A stretch of 64,000 nucleotides of DNA, taken from the NCBI GenBank assembly GCA_036172245.1, contig JAYWIR010000009.1:1550001-1614000 (forward strand), in the 5' to 3' direction. This document shows, one piece after another, positions 39,831 to 52,820 of the stretch. The position numbers and the translations under genes were made by a program. The notes beneath the pieces are model-generated. The model was given only the letters and a program-made list of their open reading frames with translations. It was not told the DNA's origin and searched no databases. Each line of letters starts with the position of its first letter. Position 1 is the first letter of the stretch. Source of the DNA: Raillietiella orientalis. Taxonomy: Eukaryota.

Positions 39831-40699
39831 CTGACATTATTAAGCATTTGAGCCAGCATCTCCTCGCAGAGAACGCAGGAGCATGTGCGAGAGAGATGAG
39901 GGGGGGGGGGGGGGAAGGGACAGACCCCCGAACGATCTCGGAATTTCGACGGAGGAACGCGACAGAATCCGTAACGTTGCCGTGCACAAAAATCCGGAAG
40001 GGAGGAAGGAAAATTCGAATGGACAAAGCGAGGTGTCCTCTTCAGGACTGAAAGATGCAGAGGATGCATCTCGTTCAGCGGCAGCGATCGCGGATGATGC
40101 GTCTCGGGAATCTGAAAAGCGGATGCACGTAGCGTGAATTCGGGCTTGTGAATCGGCTGCTTCCTTCAGAAATAATAATGATGATGATGATGATGATGAA
40201 GAAGAAGAAGCGAATAAACCGTCTTCGGAGGAAGGATAGAATCGCGAGCAGTGAAAGTTGCGTTTCTGCCTTCTCCCAGAAGCGACCGGAGTGTTCGGAT
40301 TCGTGTAGGCCACAACATGTCAAAGCCTTTCATCCCTGTCTTCCCGTCCCGCTTCGGTCACGCTCTGCCTGTCCGGTCGTACACCGCGAATCCGACTTCT
40401 TCCTCGGACTCTGTGTGCTTATCACGAAGTTGGCGCTTATCTTTTTGACTTTTCCCCGCACGTTTTTTTTTCTTCTTCTTCTTCTTCTTCTTCATGCCTT
40501 GCTGATAGGAGTCGTGAATGAATGAATGGAAGCCGAACGGAAGCATTCGCTGCATTTCGTTCGCGCTGCTCGCGGTTGCTGGTGGTACTCGCTGCTACCG
40601 GAGCAACGGAAACCCTCTTCGTTCCTCCGGGTTCCCCTGGGGGCACCCGGAGGAAGGAAGGCGCACGCGGGATGCAGGAATCTGCTTCGCAACGAAATT

Positions 40700-41200
40700 C
40701 GATGCACACCACCCGAATCAGCAAACTGTCTGAAGCATTCCGAAACAGTGTGTGTTCGGCACAGTTGTTGTTGTGGCGGCGGATTCCCGCGAAGGTCCCC
40801 CTTCCCCCCCCGCCCAGGCAGGACACCAACAGCTCAGGAATTGAAGGCCGTCAGCAGGGCGACTAAGGTGCTTATTGTGCTCCTGGGCAACGCCTCTGGC
40901 AGGAGGATGGAAGCATGGGAAAATCCGGTTCCGGTTCCGAATGCACCCGCCTTTCCAAAGCCGATGGAAGAGCTGCTCGTTTGGAACCATTAGAAGAATG
41001 GCCGAGTGGTCAATCTTCGTTTCAGATTTCATCGCAGCCCACGAATCACCGCGAACATTGACGACCTGCACGACGTCGAACACTCAGCAGATCTTCTGCG
41101 ATTCTTCCCCAGTTGGTTCGGATCTAATAAAATGGTGCCTACGTTTAGGAGAGGCTGGTCGAAGAGCTTCCGTGATAAATGCATACTGTGTACTGTACAG
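40700..41200 (+). mobile_element. Possible decayed mariner transposase C-terminus
   Basis: LIVLLGNA (~LLHDNA); LVWNH; WFGS....FRRGWSKSFRDKCI (~F..G..KL..RW.KCI). Confidence 0.35.
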
Positions 41201-41649
41201 TGAACTTGCTTGGCTTATTTTGAGCTTCCATGCCGTTCCGAATCCTGATGAGCCACTTACGTACATTTCTGAAAGTGTCGCATCTTATACGCGAAAATTC
41301 CCGAAGAACGGCAGTTCTGAAGACTCCCGTGAGCCTTATCCGAGAAACCACACCTTTACCACGGTGAAATCGGTTTTGCTTGCAAATCAATGTTGAGAGG
41401 GGGGAGGGGAGAGGAGGGGGGGAGATACCGACTCTGAAAAGGCTGCCTGCAAGAAAATCTCCTGATAAGTGGGGCTCCTTGAGCAAGAGATGCGTTGAAA
41501 ACCTACGCTTGGTGAGGATGCGCAGCAGCTTCTTGGAAAAGGGAAGCCACCTTCTTACGGAAGGAACACCTTTTCGAATCGACCGTCCTGCAGGAGCGTC
41601 CCTTTCGTGAGGTAAACTTTCAAGGACGCTGTTTCGAAAGACTTCATTC

Positions 41650-44600
41650 CACTGAGCTCGCGCTGCAGGAATGGACTCTCAGCTGCCTGACTCCATATTC
41701 TTCTAGTCATCCGTAGACCGCTTGATGAATAGACAAGGACATGATAAAGCGGAGAATGATTCGCCTGATTGCTTCCACACACGCATTCCTTCAAAGTCGA
41801 TCTTCGTGCGGCTGGTGACCGAATCACAAGGACAGCAGTGCATCCCGCTTCATCGCCAGGCAGATCCGATTCCCTAAGGAAGGATTTTTCCTCGAGCCGA
41901 AAGAGGACTTCTCTCCTCAGACAGATGACGTGCATTTTGCATCCGGAAGTACCAACAACGCACCTGCTCGGAACGCGCGCGGTTCTCCCTGCAGAACCTT
42001 TGATTGGCTCTCTTGGAATGGACCGTTGCGAAGCACCGGCATCTTTGGCTGCATTGGTCTCGCCGTCCACGCAACACGCTCATTGCCGCGTGCAGCATGT
42101 GCAGGCGCGTGCGATGCTGGATTTTGTTTCGCCCTTGGAGACGGGGGCTCTGCCAGGAGGTCGGAAGGGTCCACGCGCACCCACTCTTCCCATCCTCGGC
42201 TGCAGCCGTTCGTAAGCCATGCTGTTGATGCTGACAGACGTCAAATGCATCCGATCTTTGTTTTCTGATGTTCCTTCTTGAAAGCTTTTTCTCCTCCCCT
42301 CCCCCATCTCCCTATTCTAACGGCTGCAGACAGGAGGACGCTCCTCCCTGCGTGGGTGCCTATAGCACCAGTCTAGTGCGCGTGCGCACATCGCTCGGAG
42401 TGTAAGAGCATCCGAGAGTGGAAACGGAGGAGACGGAATCCCCAAGCAGCTCGAAGGAAGGGTACAGCTGCCTGCTGTACCCTTCCTACGACAGCCTGGA
42501 GGAGCTGCAGAAGGACAAGAGAGGACACCCCTTTCTGGAGGTCGTCCGTGTCCCGGAGCTACAAGTCTGTCCGACACCATCAAGAGCGAACCCACTGGAC
42601 TTCCTGCGAGCTCCACCATTGAATTTCGGCAGCTGCCACCCCCTTCCCGACCCGGCTGCCCGCACGGCTCCCTCTCGACAAGTGCCGCAGACGGCCCTCT
42701 TCCCTCCAGGGAAGTGAAGCGCCGACTTTCAGGTAGGTGCGCTCGCTATCCGGTCCCCCCCCCCCCCCAGGGGCAAAGGCGGGTTGCGGGCGAGGGGGAA
42801 GAAACTTAAGCAGTTCCCATGAAACTACCCGACCAGCAGCTTCCTTGCCTGTTCGCCTCGCCTGCCCAGGATTCCAATCTGTGGAGCCAAGGGGAGAGCG
42901 GGAAGCAGAGTGCCCTTTCCTCAGAAGCAGGTGCCGGCAGGAGTTCAGGAGCAGGTAGGGGTCTCATGTGGCAAGACCATGGCGCCTCTGAGGCGAAAGT
43001 GGGAAACTCCTGGAAGCGGGGGACGAAACGAGATCTCAAGGAGTGGTCAAGTCGAGATCTCAAACGAAATCCGTCGCTTCCTGGTCGGGTGACTCCACTT
43101 CCACCTCCACAGAGACGGAAGGCGGGGGATGAGGGGGGAGGGGGACACTGCGTGGCTCATTATTCCACGGATCAGCGCCGCGGAACTGCTGAATAACAGA
43201 AAAGAGGGCGATGCTGCTACCCCTTTCGCCGGGAGGAGCGAGCGCTTCGCTTCCTGAAGCTCCTGAAAAAGTGCTGGACGGTTCCCATCCCCCACGACAG
43301 ACTTTAGGGCTTGCTCCTCTTTGCTGCAAAGGAGGTTCCGCCCTGCCCTCCAGGGAAGCCGTTTCTAATCGACGGGCAGGATGCGAGACTCATGCAATCG
43401 CCCCATCCTGCTTCTCCCGCCAACGCGCCGAAGAGCAGGTAGGTGGGGTGGGGCGCAAGGGGAGCCCTCCTACCCCAAGCAGGTACCGGACCCACTTTGA
43501 AGATCGAGCCAATCTCAGGTTTTTCCTGCAACCGCCGTCTGGGACACTCCGCATTGCCCGTACCATTCCCGGATCCAACCACCTCTCTTCTCCCGACGAG
43601 AAGGAGGAGCCGCGTCGAGGCTGTGGGAACTCCGTGGTTCCCTCTGCCGTGTTCTGGCCCCCAAGGGAACGCCCTCTCGAGATCCTGCTCCCTGGCTCTT
43701 CTGTTTCCGTGGAAATGCAAGTGCCGGGGGCGGACGATGCAGCGCGTGGTGTGGGGAAAGGGTGCAGGAACTTCAGAGCTTCCTGCATCCAGGTGAGAGG
43801 GTCTGAGGGACACCGCCCATCCTGCGTTCCCTACTTCGCGCCGGATATCCAAGCGACGGGAATATGCGCGCCTCGTAGGCCGCTGGAGTCTCCCGGGAGA
43901 GAGATCGGCTGACCGACACGCGAAGTCGGGTGCCTCCGAGCTCCTCGGTCGGACTGTCGTCGCGCATGCCCTCGGTAGGAGGAGGGCAGTTTTGCATACG
44001 AGGAGGCAGACGCATCCGACAGGAGGCGGAACCCGGAAGCTCTGGACTGCTCAGCTTCCTCCCGGGAGCTTCCTCGAGGTTTCGGAAGCGAAAATGGTAT
44101 GGTCGCTTCCTTCCTGCTTCAAGGGAGGTGCTCTTTGGAGGAGGGACTGCCCTGGTTTTGCTTCCGGAGGTTGCGGCACTTCCTCTCCTCGGGTGGGAGA
44201 GAGGCAGCGACTCCCGCGGAACCCACACGTGGACGAAGGCTCACCGCAACCTGCGCAGGGAAGGCTGCTGCTGGTCGGCTCCCGTCAGGACTTGGATGGC
44301 GTGGATCCGTGTTCCATTCGGAGACTCGGTTCCTTGCTGGAAGGACCGAGGGACAGCCACACGCCGTCTCCTCGACCGTCGACGCGAGTTCCTTGTCGTT
44401 TCTTCCAGAGAGCACCAGGCAGACCCCCAGAGAGACGCGGGCCATTTTCCGCGGGAACGACTGGGCTTGCCGAGCACCCCAGCTGAGGGGCCACGCATCC
44501 TGCAGTGGTCTGCGGACATGACTACGCGCCGCATCCCTCGGAAGACCCGTTCCTTTCCTGAAGAGGAGGCCGGGAGAGCCTCGTTGGGGTTCTCCCGGGG

Positions 44601-44700
44601 GGACTTGACCACCTGCGCGACCTGGTCCAGGTGACCAGGCACGGCATATCCTCGGAGGAGCGGAGGCGGCAGTGTGTAGATCCGAGACAGCCATCCCTCC
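41650..44700 (-). mobile_element. Near full-length decayed RLE-type non-LTR retrotransposon (RT, zinc knuckle, RLE)
   Basis: Minus-strand order: SPGPG; GKWPASL (~NWRPISL); FQQG..SPNG..IH; VWV...PLSH; RMQNCP (~QGCP); AAYEAR (~LAYADD); APGTCIS (~NP.KC.S); GCRRKG....TLP (~CRRCG...ETLPH); FRP...KGETKSSIARACTC (~RPDL...IIDVTC); CVVGTSG (~VVG.LG). Confidence 0.55.
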
Positions 44701-47700
44701 TAGAGTCATCTCGCGGTCGTGTTTGGAGAGCGGCGGTCCGTGGCCGGTCTGCACAGGCGGCGGTCCTCCGCCGCCGCGGCAACCCGAACGCCGCCAGCGG
44801 GGGACTTCCCACGAGCCACGGGGCGTCTTTCGCAAGCTTTCCACGCGCCCCACTTCCCTACCTTTCGCCCCACACCCTTCATGTTGTCAGACGGCGCCTC
44901 AGCTCCCTCTCTAGCACCTGCCTGCATCTTCCCCAAGGCTGCTTCCTCCGAGGGCTGTGGCGCCGCCGTGGCGCCCAGCCGGCGACCTCTGAGCGGTGGC
45001 CCCTGAGGCGATCCCAAGGACGTGTCGCATACGTAGCAGGTCAAAAAGACGCATCGCGGGGAAAAGGAGACCCGGAGGGTGGGGAATCAGGGAAGAGAGG
45101 CAGAGAGAGCAAAGAGCCTGACCAAGGAGGGGAGCGGTGCAGCCTCCACCCAGGTCCTCCGGGAATGCGCCTAGCGACCAATTCCTGAGACTGCGGGCTG
45201 AATCAGCCATTGCCTCCTCTTGCGAGGGGTGGCGAAGACTCGCGTCTCGTTCTTCTCAGGCACATCCTCCCTCTCCCACCCAACCGTTCCCCCGTGATCC
45301 CGAAAGAAAAAAAAAGGGGGGGGGGCATCACGGGAGAACCGTGGGGTGGATCTCCCCTCGAGATGTTTCCTCTCCTCTCCCACCGAAGGGTGGAAATGTG
45401 GAACTTCCGCCCCTTGCCTTCCACTCTTCCTGTGTTTCCCACCCTTCCGAACTCACGGGATGAGTGCGCGCGTTCCTGTGGCGCTCACCCCGGCCTGTCC
45501 GAGAGGACCTACGCGAGTGGGAGACCGGATCGCTCCCTCTAGCGCCACAGGCGCTGTTTGCGCATTTTCCCGGCTGCGCGTCCAATGCCTATGTTCGCGC
45601 GTCACCTTCGACGCCCCTCCTCGTGAAGGCAGAAGGGTGACCGGTGGTGATGCAGGGAGCAGCTTTTACAAAATTCCCTTTCCCCTCTTCGTCGGCCCGG
45701 TGCCGAAGCTCTTCCGGAAGGGCGCGCACTCGGTCCAGCGGGTCCCCAACCGACGTCTGCAGGTGTCCCCTCAGCAAATGCGTCGCTCGGGAGCCGCCGA
45801 ACTTCGGGTTCGGGTGGGAAGGGTCACGCATTGCCGGTCTGTTCCGGTTTCCCTCTCGCCATGGGGGGAAGGAGGTCAAGGAGACCCTTTTCCCCGAGCC
45901 CCCTCCGCGCGTGCGTGCCAGCGTAGGCGCCTCCGCCAGGCGACCGAGCCCGGCAGTTTCCCAGCCGTCTTCGCCGAAGAGAGGGCGTGCCCTATCCGCC
46001 GCCGCCGCTTTCTCTCTTTGTGCCGAGCTGCGGTTGGCATTTTTCCCGCGAGCCGGCCGCGGTGCGATACCGGCGCCGTCCTCGCGCGCGCCGCAGGCAG
46101 CGCCGCCGCTGCTCGCAGCGGAGCGACCCTGGCCAGGAGCGGCGCGCAGTGAAACAAGTGTGCTCCTCGTCCTTGGGGGAAAATCCGCTGGCAGCCTCGA
46201 AAAATTCCGACGGGCACGTCTCTCTCCCCACGGGGGTAATTTAGTACTTCCATGTTGTTCTCGGGATCCCGCTCGCTCCGACGAGGGAACGGAATATCCT
46301 CCTCCTCCTCCTCTTCTTGCACGCGTTTCCCCGCGGGAGCAGTTCCTCCGCAGGCGCGGTTCGCCAGGCGGCGTGCACTCCGCGCGCCCCCTTCCAGCAT
46401 CTTCCAACTCTTCTCTCGCGTGCGGGGCTGCTGAGCGCGTAGACGCCCGCGACCAGCAGCAGCAGCAGCAGCGGCGGCGGCTCTTGCGAGGGCAGCTCCG
46501 GTGTTCACCAAGGAAAAGGCAGGAAGAAACGAGGGGAGGGGAGGGGGAGAGAGACGCACGCGGATATGGTTTCCGCGTCTTTTGGTCGCTCGCTTACTCG
46601 AGGCGGAGAAGCTTCTCGAAGGAAACTCGATAAGCGAACGGTGGATGCGCGCGAGGCTTGCGGAGCATCAGCGCAACCCTTTCCAGCGTCCTGGTTTGCC
46701 GTTTCCCGGTTGCTTCGCCCGCCATTAGTTCCAGAACCTCTCACGGATTAGGTATCAAGAGCTGCGCAGTGGCGCGCTCCTGCCGGCGTGGGCTCGGCTG
46801 CCGGAAAGGGAAAAAAAATTCCGCGGGGACTCCTTCCGCAGGCTCTCCCGCTTCGAGTTCCGGGCGACTGGATCCGCGGCTGAAAGCCGCCGCCTTCCGA
46901 GATCCACTCCCCAGCCACATCTTCAGGGAATTCGGTGGGTTGCTCCTCTCCCGACGGCCTGCCGTCCCGGCGCAGCTTCCCGCGATGCCAGAAAAAAAAA
47001 AAAAGAAGAAAGAAACGTCTTCCAAGATCGCAAGAAACGGCTGGTTTCTCGTTTCGACGAGAGGGGCACAGGAGGGGGAGGGAGAGCGGGCGGGCGTCGC
47101 GAAAGCAGTGACCAATTACGCTGTCCACAAAGAGGAGGAATGACACCTGCGCGCGCCCCTGATTCAGCAGACCTGCGGCTGCGGCGGACCCACGGGAAGA
47201 TTCGAGTCAGCTCGTGCCTTCAAGAGAGCGATAATTACGACCACGGATCTCGTGTGACGTAGGGGGCAACCCACCCCTCTTGGACGGGATGACCTGCAGC
47301 ATCTTCACGCGTCGGCTGAACGAGCAAGGACATGGAGCATCGAAAGAGCAGAAGAAACCAAGAAGAAGAAGAAGAAGAAAATAAGGGGTGCACATTTCGA
47401 AATGTCTTTTATTCTGTGTGCTGCCAGAAGCCTTCTTGGGTACCATCTGAGGGCAGAAGAGGGGTCACCTCGTTCCCCTTCTATTTCACGCGGACTGCAC
47501 AAATGACCATCGGTGAAAATGCCGATTGCCGACGCGCGGAGTGCTGATTGGTTGCTCGGGCCCTCCACCAACCACACGCTCCACCACGGACTCACTTTGG
47601 AGGGAAAAAGTGCGTGTGCGGAACGCGCGATCCAGGCACGCAGCGGACGTCCCCGGCAGCCGGAGTCGCTCCTTGAATGCGTCTCGGGTGCAGGAGGGCT

Positions 47701-50599
47701 GCTGCTGTCCTTGATCCTCGGAAGCAATCTCGGCGACCTCCACCTGAGAGGTAGCGCTGCCTCCCGACGAGCACGAGGGCTCCGAAGTGGACGAGGCTCG
47801 CCTCTTGTTTTTTTCTTTTTTGTTTTTCTTTGTTTCTTCCTCCTTTTCCCTTTTGGAGAAGAATCGAAGCGTCCTGAGGTACGGTGAGGATGCGGGAGAG
47901 TCAGGACAAGCACGCGGCAGACTCCCGCAAGGGCCCTGAATGAAGTCATCCACAGAGATCTCCTCCGCGAAAGTGAACCAATCATCGCGGAGGAAACCGA
48001 GGACAAAAAAGAGAGGAAGAAAGAAGAAATCCATGGAAAGTGCGCGCGATTTTGAAGGCGCAAAGCGCCGGAGCTGGAAAAATAAGGACCCGAGCATTCT
48101 GGACGGCCAGGAAGCAGGATGGAAGGATTCGGCAGGCGCGCCTTCCGGTACGGGAAAGCACGGGAACCGAGGTGGCTGGGGTGCTTCAAGAGATGACAAC
48201 CGGAACGCTCTTAGAATGGAATGCACGGGGATGGTGCCGTGCAGGCGTTTGAAAGGCTCGGCTGCAACCATCCTGGTCACTTCTGTCCCCTCCCCCCTCC
48301 TTGCAGCCAGAAGAGGACAAAGAGATGGAGATCAAACAGGAAAAACGCATTTCCACTCGAGCAGAATGTCTTTTTATCGAGGGTTGGCTGCTCGCTCGTG
48401 AAGCAGCGCGATCGGCACAAAGATCGCCTCGAAGATAAAGCAAAAATTCCAAAGGTTGGTCATCGGAAGTTCCTTTCCAGAGGCCTTTTTCGAGATCCGC
48501 GGGCTGCCTTGGTTCTACGGCGATCCGTCGCCTCGGTAGCAGGGAGTGCTCGTACAGCTGGCAGAAAGGGAGTCCTCAGCCACGTGGACGTAGAGGCACG
48601 GGTCGGTCCGGGTTGCCGGGGAGACCCAGGAATCAAGTGTTCCCATTAAGAGAAAAGAAAGCAAAGAACGAAGCGAAGAGTGGCGCGAACCCCGGGCAGG
48701 TCCAGCTCACGGGGCGCGAGGCATCTCGGACGCGTGCAGACCAGCTGCTTTCCGAAACGGGCAGCAAGGGTGTGCATGGCGGTCGACGGACCTCCTCGCC
48801 CTCGCAGTGGGCCGCGCTTCTGGGGATGCGTATATCAGAACCCGAGGGCGGCAGCAGGAACACGACGGCAACCATGACAACGCAGTGCCCCGGAGTGGTG
48901 CGGAGCGGATTTATGGACGCACTCTGCGCATGAGGGCTGCTGCTTACGAAATCCCCAGGCGACGTTCTCGGAGCTCCTCCAGGGCGCACCGGTGGCGTTT
49001 CCGCCGTTCGCTGGTTCTGTGAATTCACAAACGCAGCCCAGGGGCGCCGCGGAGTCGGCAAGAGGCGGACCACGTGACTCCACCGAGAAGGTGTGCCCCT
49101 GCGCGGAGCAAAGCGAGGCATCCAAATAAGCCCCGGACCGGCAGGGGAGGAGGGCTTCCCACCGGGCTCCTTCCAGACGCGATTCCCGAGGGAAGAAACC
49201 CTCCTTCGAACCGGGCTGCAGAAGAACAACGGCGCTGCTGGTTTTTCTGGCTCCGGAACCCTCGTTGGCTTCAAGGAACGCGTTTTTTAAGGAGCAGAGG
49301 AAGATTCCGTGGCATCCGGACGCCGCAAGGCAGTAACTCTATGCGTCGAGAGAAGGTGCAGTCGGGGGAAAAAAAAAAAAAAAAAAAAGCGGAAGAGTCG
49401 CAGAGGAAGAGCGGCTCACCGTCCACGCAGCTTCTCTTAACATCCACAAAACACATGCAGACCGAGGAACGTTTATTAAACCGACAAATCTAAGCCTATC
49501 GCAAAAGCCAATCAGAACCCGAGGTGCGACGCGCAGAGTTGGTGGTGGCTGTAGTACAGACCTCGGGTCTGGAGGAAGTTGGGTCAAAAATCTGAAACGA
49601 GAAAGAAAACGAGGTTAGCGACCGATCCTTTTTGCCTGCGGGCTTTCCCCGCGCATAACTCAGCCCCTTCCCTCCTCTCCATGTGCACACCGAAGTGCCT
49701 TTCAGTGTTTCCGCTTCTCTCCCCTCTCCTCCCTCGCAGGGCCACCTCTGCCGGTGCCCCCCGCTGAGCCTCGGTCTTACAGTTATGGGAAGCAGGGCGT
49801 ATGGGTCAGCGATATCGCGCGAGAGGCCCATGGGCCGTAGCAACGCGGTGCGCGAGTCCGATGGAAATAATACCCTTTGGCTTGGGAATCTTCCCTCTCG
49901 GAGTCACACGCTGCAGAACCCCTCAGACATCCGCCGCAGCAAGATGGAAAGGGAGAGGGAGGCCACGAACACGTGAACGAATACGGAACGCTGTTCCGCA
50001 GAGGTGGCGCAGCGATCTGCTCGCGCCCATCCAGGTCCGAAGCGCTACGAGCGGCAGTAAATGGAAGCTACCAAGGCCAGGTTTCACTTGTGCTCGCACG
50101 GGAAGATCCGGCGCTTCGCGTTCACGCCGCCGTCTTGCCGAACGCCATCTCGGGGTAGAAAGGGAAAGCTTGTTAATTCCTATAGTCGGCGCTCGAACGA
50201 AAAAAAGACAAGTAAAGAAGGAAATAAAAACAAAGAACAAAAAGGCGGAGGAGGGCAATTAGGCCGCTCCCTGTTCGACATGGACTCCTTATCTTTTCGG
50301 AATTGTCGAGATCCTCATCCCTTCTCGAAGTCTATTTGTGCGGGACGGAAGAAGAGGAGGCAAAGGATGGAGGGGAGGAGGGAGCTAGGGTACGCTACCT
50401 ATCTACCCCCGTCCTCCGATGTAAGGGAGTAGACCTCCTTGGTTTTCCGGTATTTTTTTCCGCAGATGCGCTCAACAGACCCGTGCGGCGACGCGGGGTG
50501 GCAGCGGACGGGAAAGAGCGTGCACCTTCTGTGGCCACGCCTTTCCGGGGGGAGAGGGGCTTGTCGGGCGGATTTCCGTGGTAAGGAGTTTCTTGCAGA

Positions 50600-52250
50600 C
50601 AGAGTTGTCTCTTCCCCTCCTCCCCTCTGCTGTCCTTAAGAACTGTCGTCTTGGAAACCTGGCGAAAGGCGAGGCCCCCCGTCAAAGGTGCAAGTGGGTA
50701 GGAGGTTGGATGTTGTTCGAGACATCAGATACGCGGCCGAAGGCGGTAGAGTCAGTGGGCCATGCTCCGAGGGGGTGGACGTCGCCTCCTTCCCGCGTAC
50801 TACCCTCTAGAAGCGCTCCCTCCCGTCGTCCAACTGCCAAGAGGGGCATCGGGGGAGGAACCACAGTCTCCGTCGCCGAGCGACTTCCGCCGGGACGCAC
50901 ATGGTGCGCCTTCCTGGACGTCCTGCGCCTCCCCATGACCCACCTGTGTAGTCTCCGGTCATCTGCTGCAGCCTTCTAAAGGTCCTCGACGGGATGCTTG
51001 CGCTGCTCTTCGGAAAGGCTGAGGCGTCCTCCTCTCCCGCTTCCTCGCAGAGTGGGGAAGGCCGATTTGCGCTTTCTAGACAAGAGAAGAGAGGGGGAGG
51101 ATGGGAAGAATGGGGAGGGGGGAGGAGGGCGAGATTTTCGTTTACCATTCACAGCGCTTCCGAGATTCAGAGAGTTTTCCAGGAACCGGAAGGACCTCGA
51201 CGGGATGGCGGCGCCCCGATAGCGCGGGTCGGTGGACGCGTGCAAGCAGCCGCTGTCATCCACTGGAAAGGGAGAGAAGGGTCACCAGCCGCCTGCTCCT
51301 CGGGTGCTCCTGCCAAGCACTGTTTCGGGATTAGGAAAATCCCCCGGCGGACTGCTCCTGCCGGCTGCTGCCCACTCGGAAGAGACGGGAAAGAGGGTCT
51401 GGGAACCGGGAGGATGGATTGCGCCCCGGGTGGCAGCAGTTCGGCGGGACCAACGCGTGCCCTCCTCCCTGCCCGGACGCAGAAGATTCAGTGCAGTGCT
51501 CCTCAGGAGGTGGGGTGACCATGGATCCGGATCATCTCACGGGGCGCCTTCCGCTTCTCCTGGCACCCGCGTTTCCATGATACCGGATGTCAGCCACAGG
51601 TCTTCGTGCTATACCTCCTCCGGTCTGCACACGTCCCTCCTCCCTTCCGCATCCGCTGCCATCTGGCAATGCCTTCCTCCACAGTTCACGTGGACTGCTG
51701 CCGTGACGTGGTCAGAGCTGCCATCTGGAGTTCTCCTCTTGGGTGAAGGTAAAGAAAGGCGGTCGTTCCCTGATTCCGCAGCAGCTAGACGACTGCAGCT
51801 TCATCCATTTGCCTCGCTGCCGATGGTGCTGCGCGCAGCAGGGAGGAGACCTTGGTCTCCGGCGCTTCCGGTAAAGCATGCTGTTCCTGAACCCCCATCT
51901 TCCTCTTGGACAGGCCGACAGGCAGCGTCAGCAGGGTTGCCTCTGCCCTCGGTTCGCGGAGCTCACGAAGAACAGCCGCCCTTCTTCAGCATGAAGATGT
52001 CGTGGCGGCAGCAGCGGTCGCTCTCCAAGGCGCCCTCCTCAGTGAGCCGCCGTCGCCTCCGTGCATCCGCCGTGCGCCCCTCGACTGTGTCCCATTCCGG
52101 ACGAGGAGGGTGCACAAGGACTCTCGGAAATTGGTGCCTCCCTCCCGAATTTCCGGGAGGGAAGCGGAACCTTCCTGCGCCCCGCGGCGCAGGGTGTTCC
52201 TTCTGCAGAGAACCTGACGTCAGTCGGTTGCCACCGAGAGCCCCCCTCCT
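50600..52250 (+). mobile_element. Decayed RLE-type non-LTR retrotransposon immediately downstream of the CG1674-like exons
   Basis: TWCAFLDV (~AWLD); GPRRDGGAPI (~GVRQG.P); AAIW...AVTWS (post-RT W motifs); LR...R....LPVK; FF....WRQ, in order. Confidence 0.4.
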
Positions 52251-52626
52251 CTAACGGGAGCGGTCGCAGTCGCACATTCCACACCGTGGACTCCGTCCCA
52301 CCACCCGGGCCAACTCCCGCAATTCTCCTCACATTCCGAGAACACGGAGCAGACTGCAGGAAGGAGGAGGGGCATCTCTCCAGAGTGTCTAGGCGGGTGC
52401 ATCTCGACGAGACGTGGCGTCCCTTTTCACCTCCCATTCTCCTTTCCCTTCCATTCGCCCCTCTACCTCATATCACACCACCTTAACCCCCCCCCTTCTC
52501 CCCTCTTTTGCGAGAAAGAGGGGGGTTCCTTCCTCGGCTCTCTCTAGACAACCGTTGTAGCTGCCTCGCGTCCCCCGCGTAGCGGAAAGTCCTCAGTCCA
52601 GTGTCTCGGGGAACCACCTATCTCAC

Positions 52627-52770
52627 CTTGTTCCTTGACGGAGTCTATGAGCTGCTTGTCGGTGCCGGACAGCACGACCTTGGGGTGGTCCGCATCCTGG
52701 AGTCTCGCTGCAGCCGGCTCGCTCTTGAGGAAGGGCTTGCTCTTGCAGGGCTCGTGATAGGTTGTGGGCA
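52627..52770 (-). CDS. CG1674-like protein, exon D ((M)PTTYHEPCKSKPFLKSEPAAARLQDADHPKVVLSGTDKQLIDSVKEQ)
   Basis: Acceptor ctcgccctag|TG follows a 50-nt intron in matching phase, and the donor is a strong CAA G|gtgaga. Codon usage looks coding. The 3' end of the gene is not resolved. Confidence 0.7.
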
Positions 52771-52820
52771 CTAGGGCGAGCTCGGTTCTGAGCAAGGCTG
52801 GCGGGAGAGCGCGCACCTAC

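Noticed and set aside
42418..42717. Plus-strand ORF with coding-like codon usage (YSCLLYPSYDSLEELQKDKRGHPFLEVV)
   Set aside because: No recognisable family or clear splice context. It is antisense to the CRR..TLP zinc-knuckle remnant of a retroelement, which can produce such shadows.
48190..48430. TLLEWNARG...LQ...FIEGW, resembling the start of an APE endonuclease of a LINE
   Set aside because: A single short motif with stops and no supporting GDFN or SDH motifs downstream.
51963..52353. Candidate downstream exons of the CG1674-like gene (21-nt microexon 52353-52333 and 52084-51963 ending KKGGCSS*)
   Set aside because: They are phase-compatible but have no recognisable motif. The second acceptor is weak and lies antisense to a probable retroelement relic.
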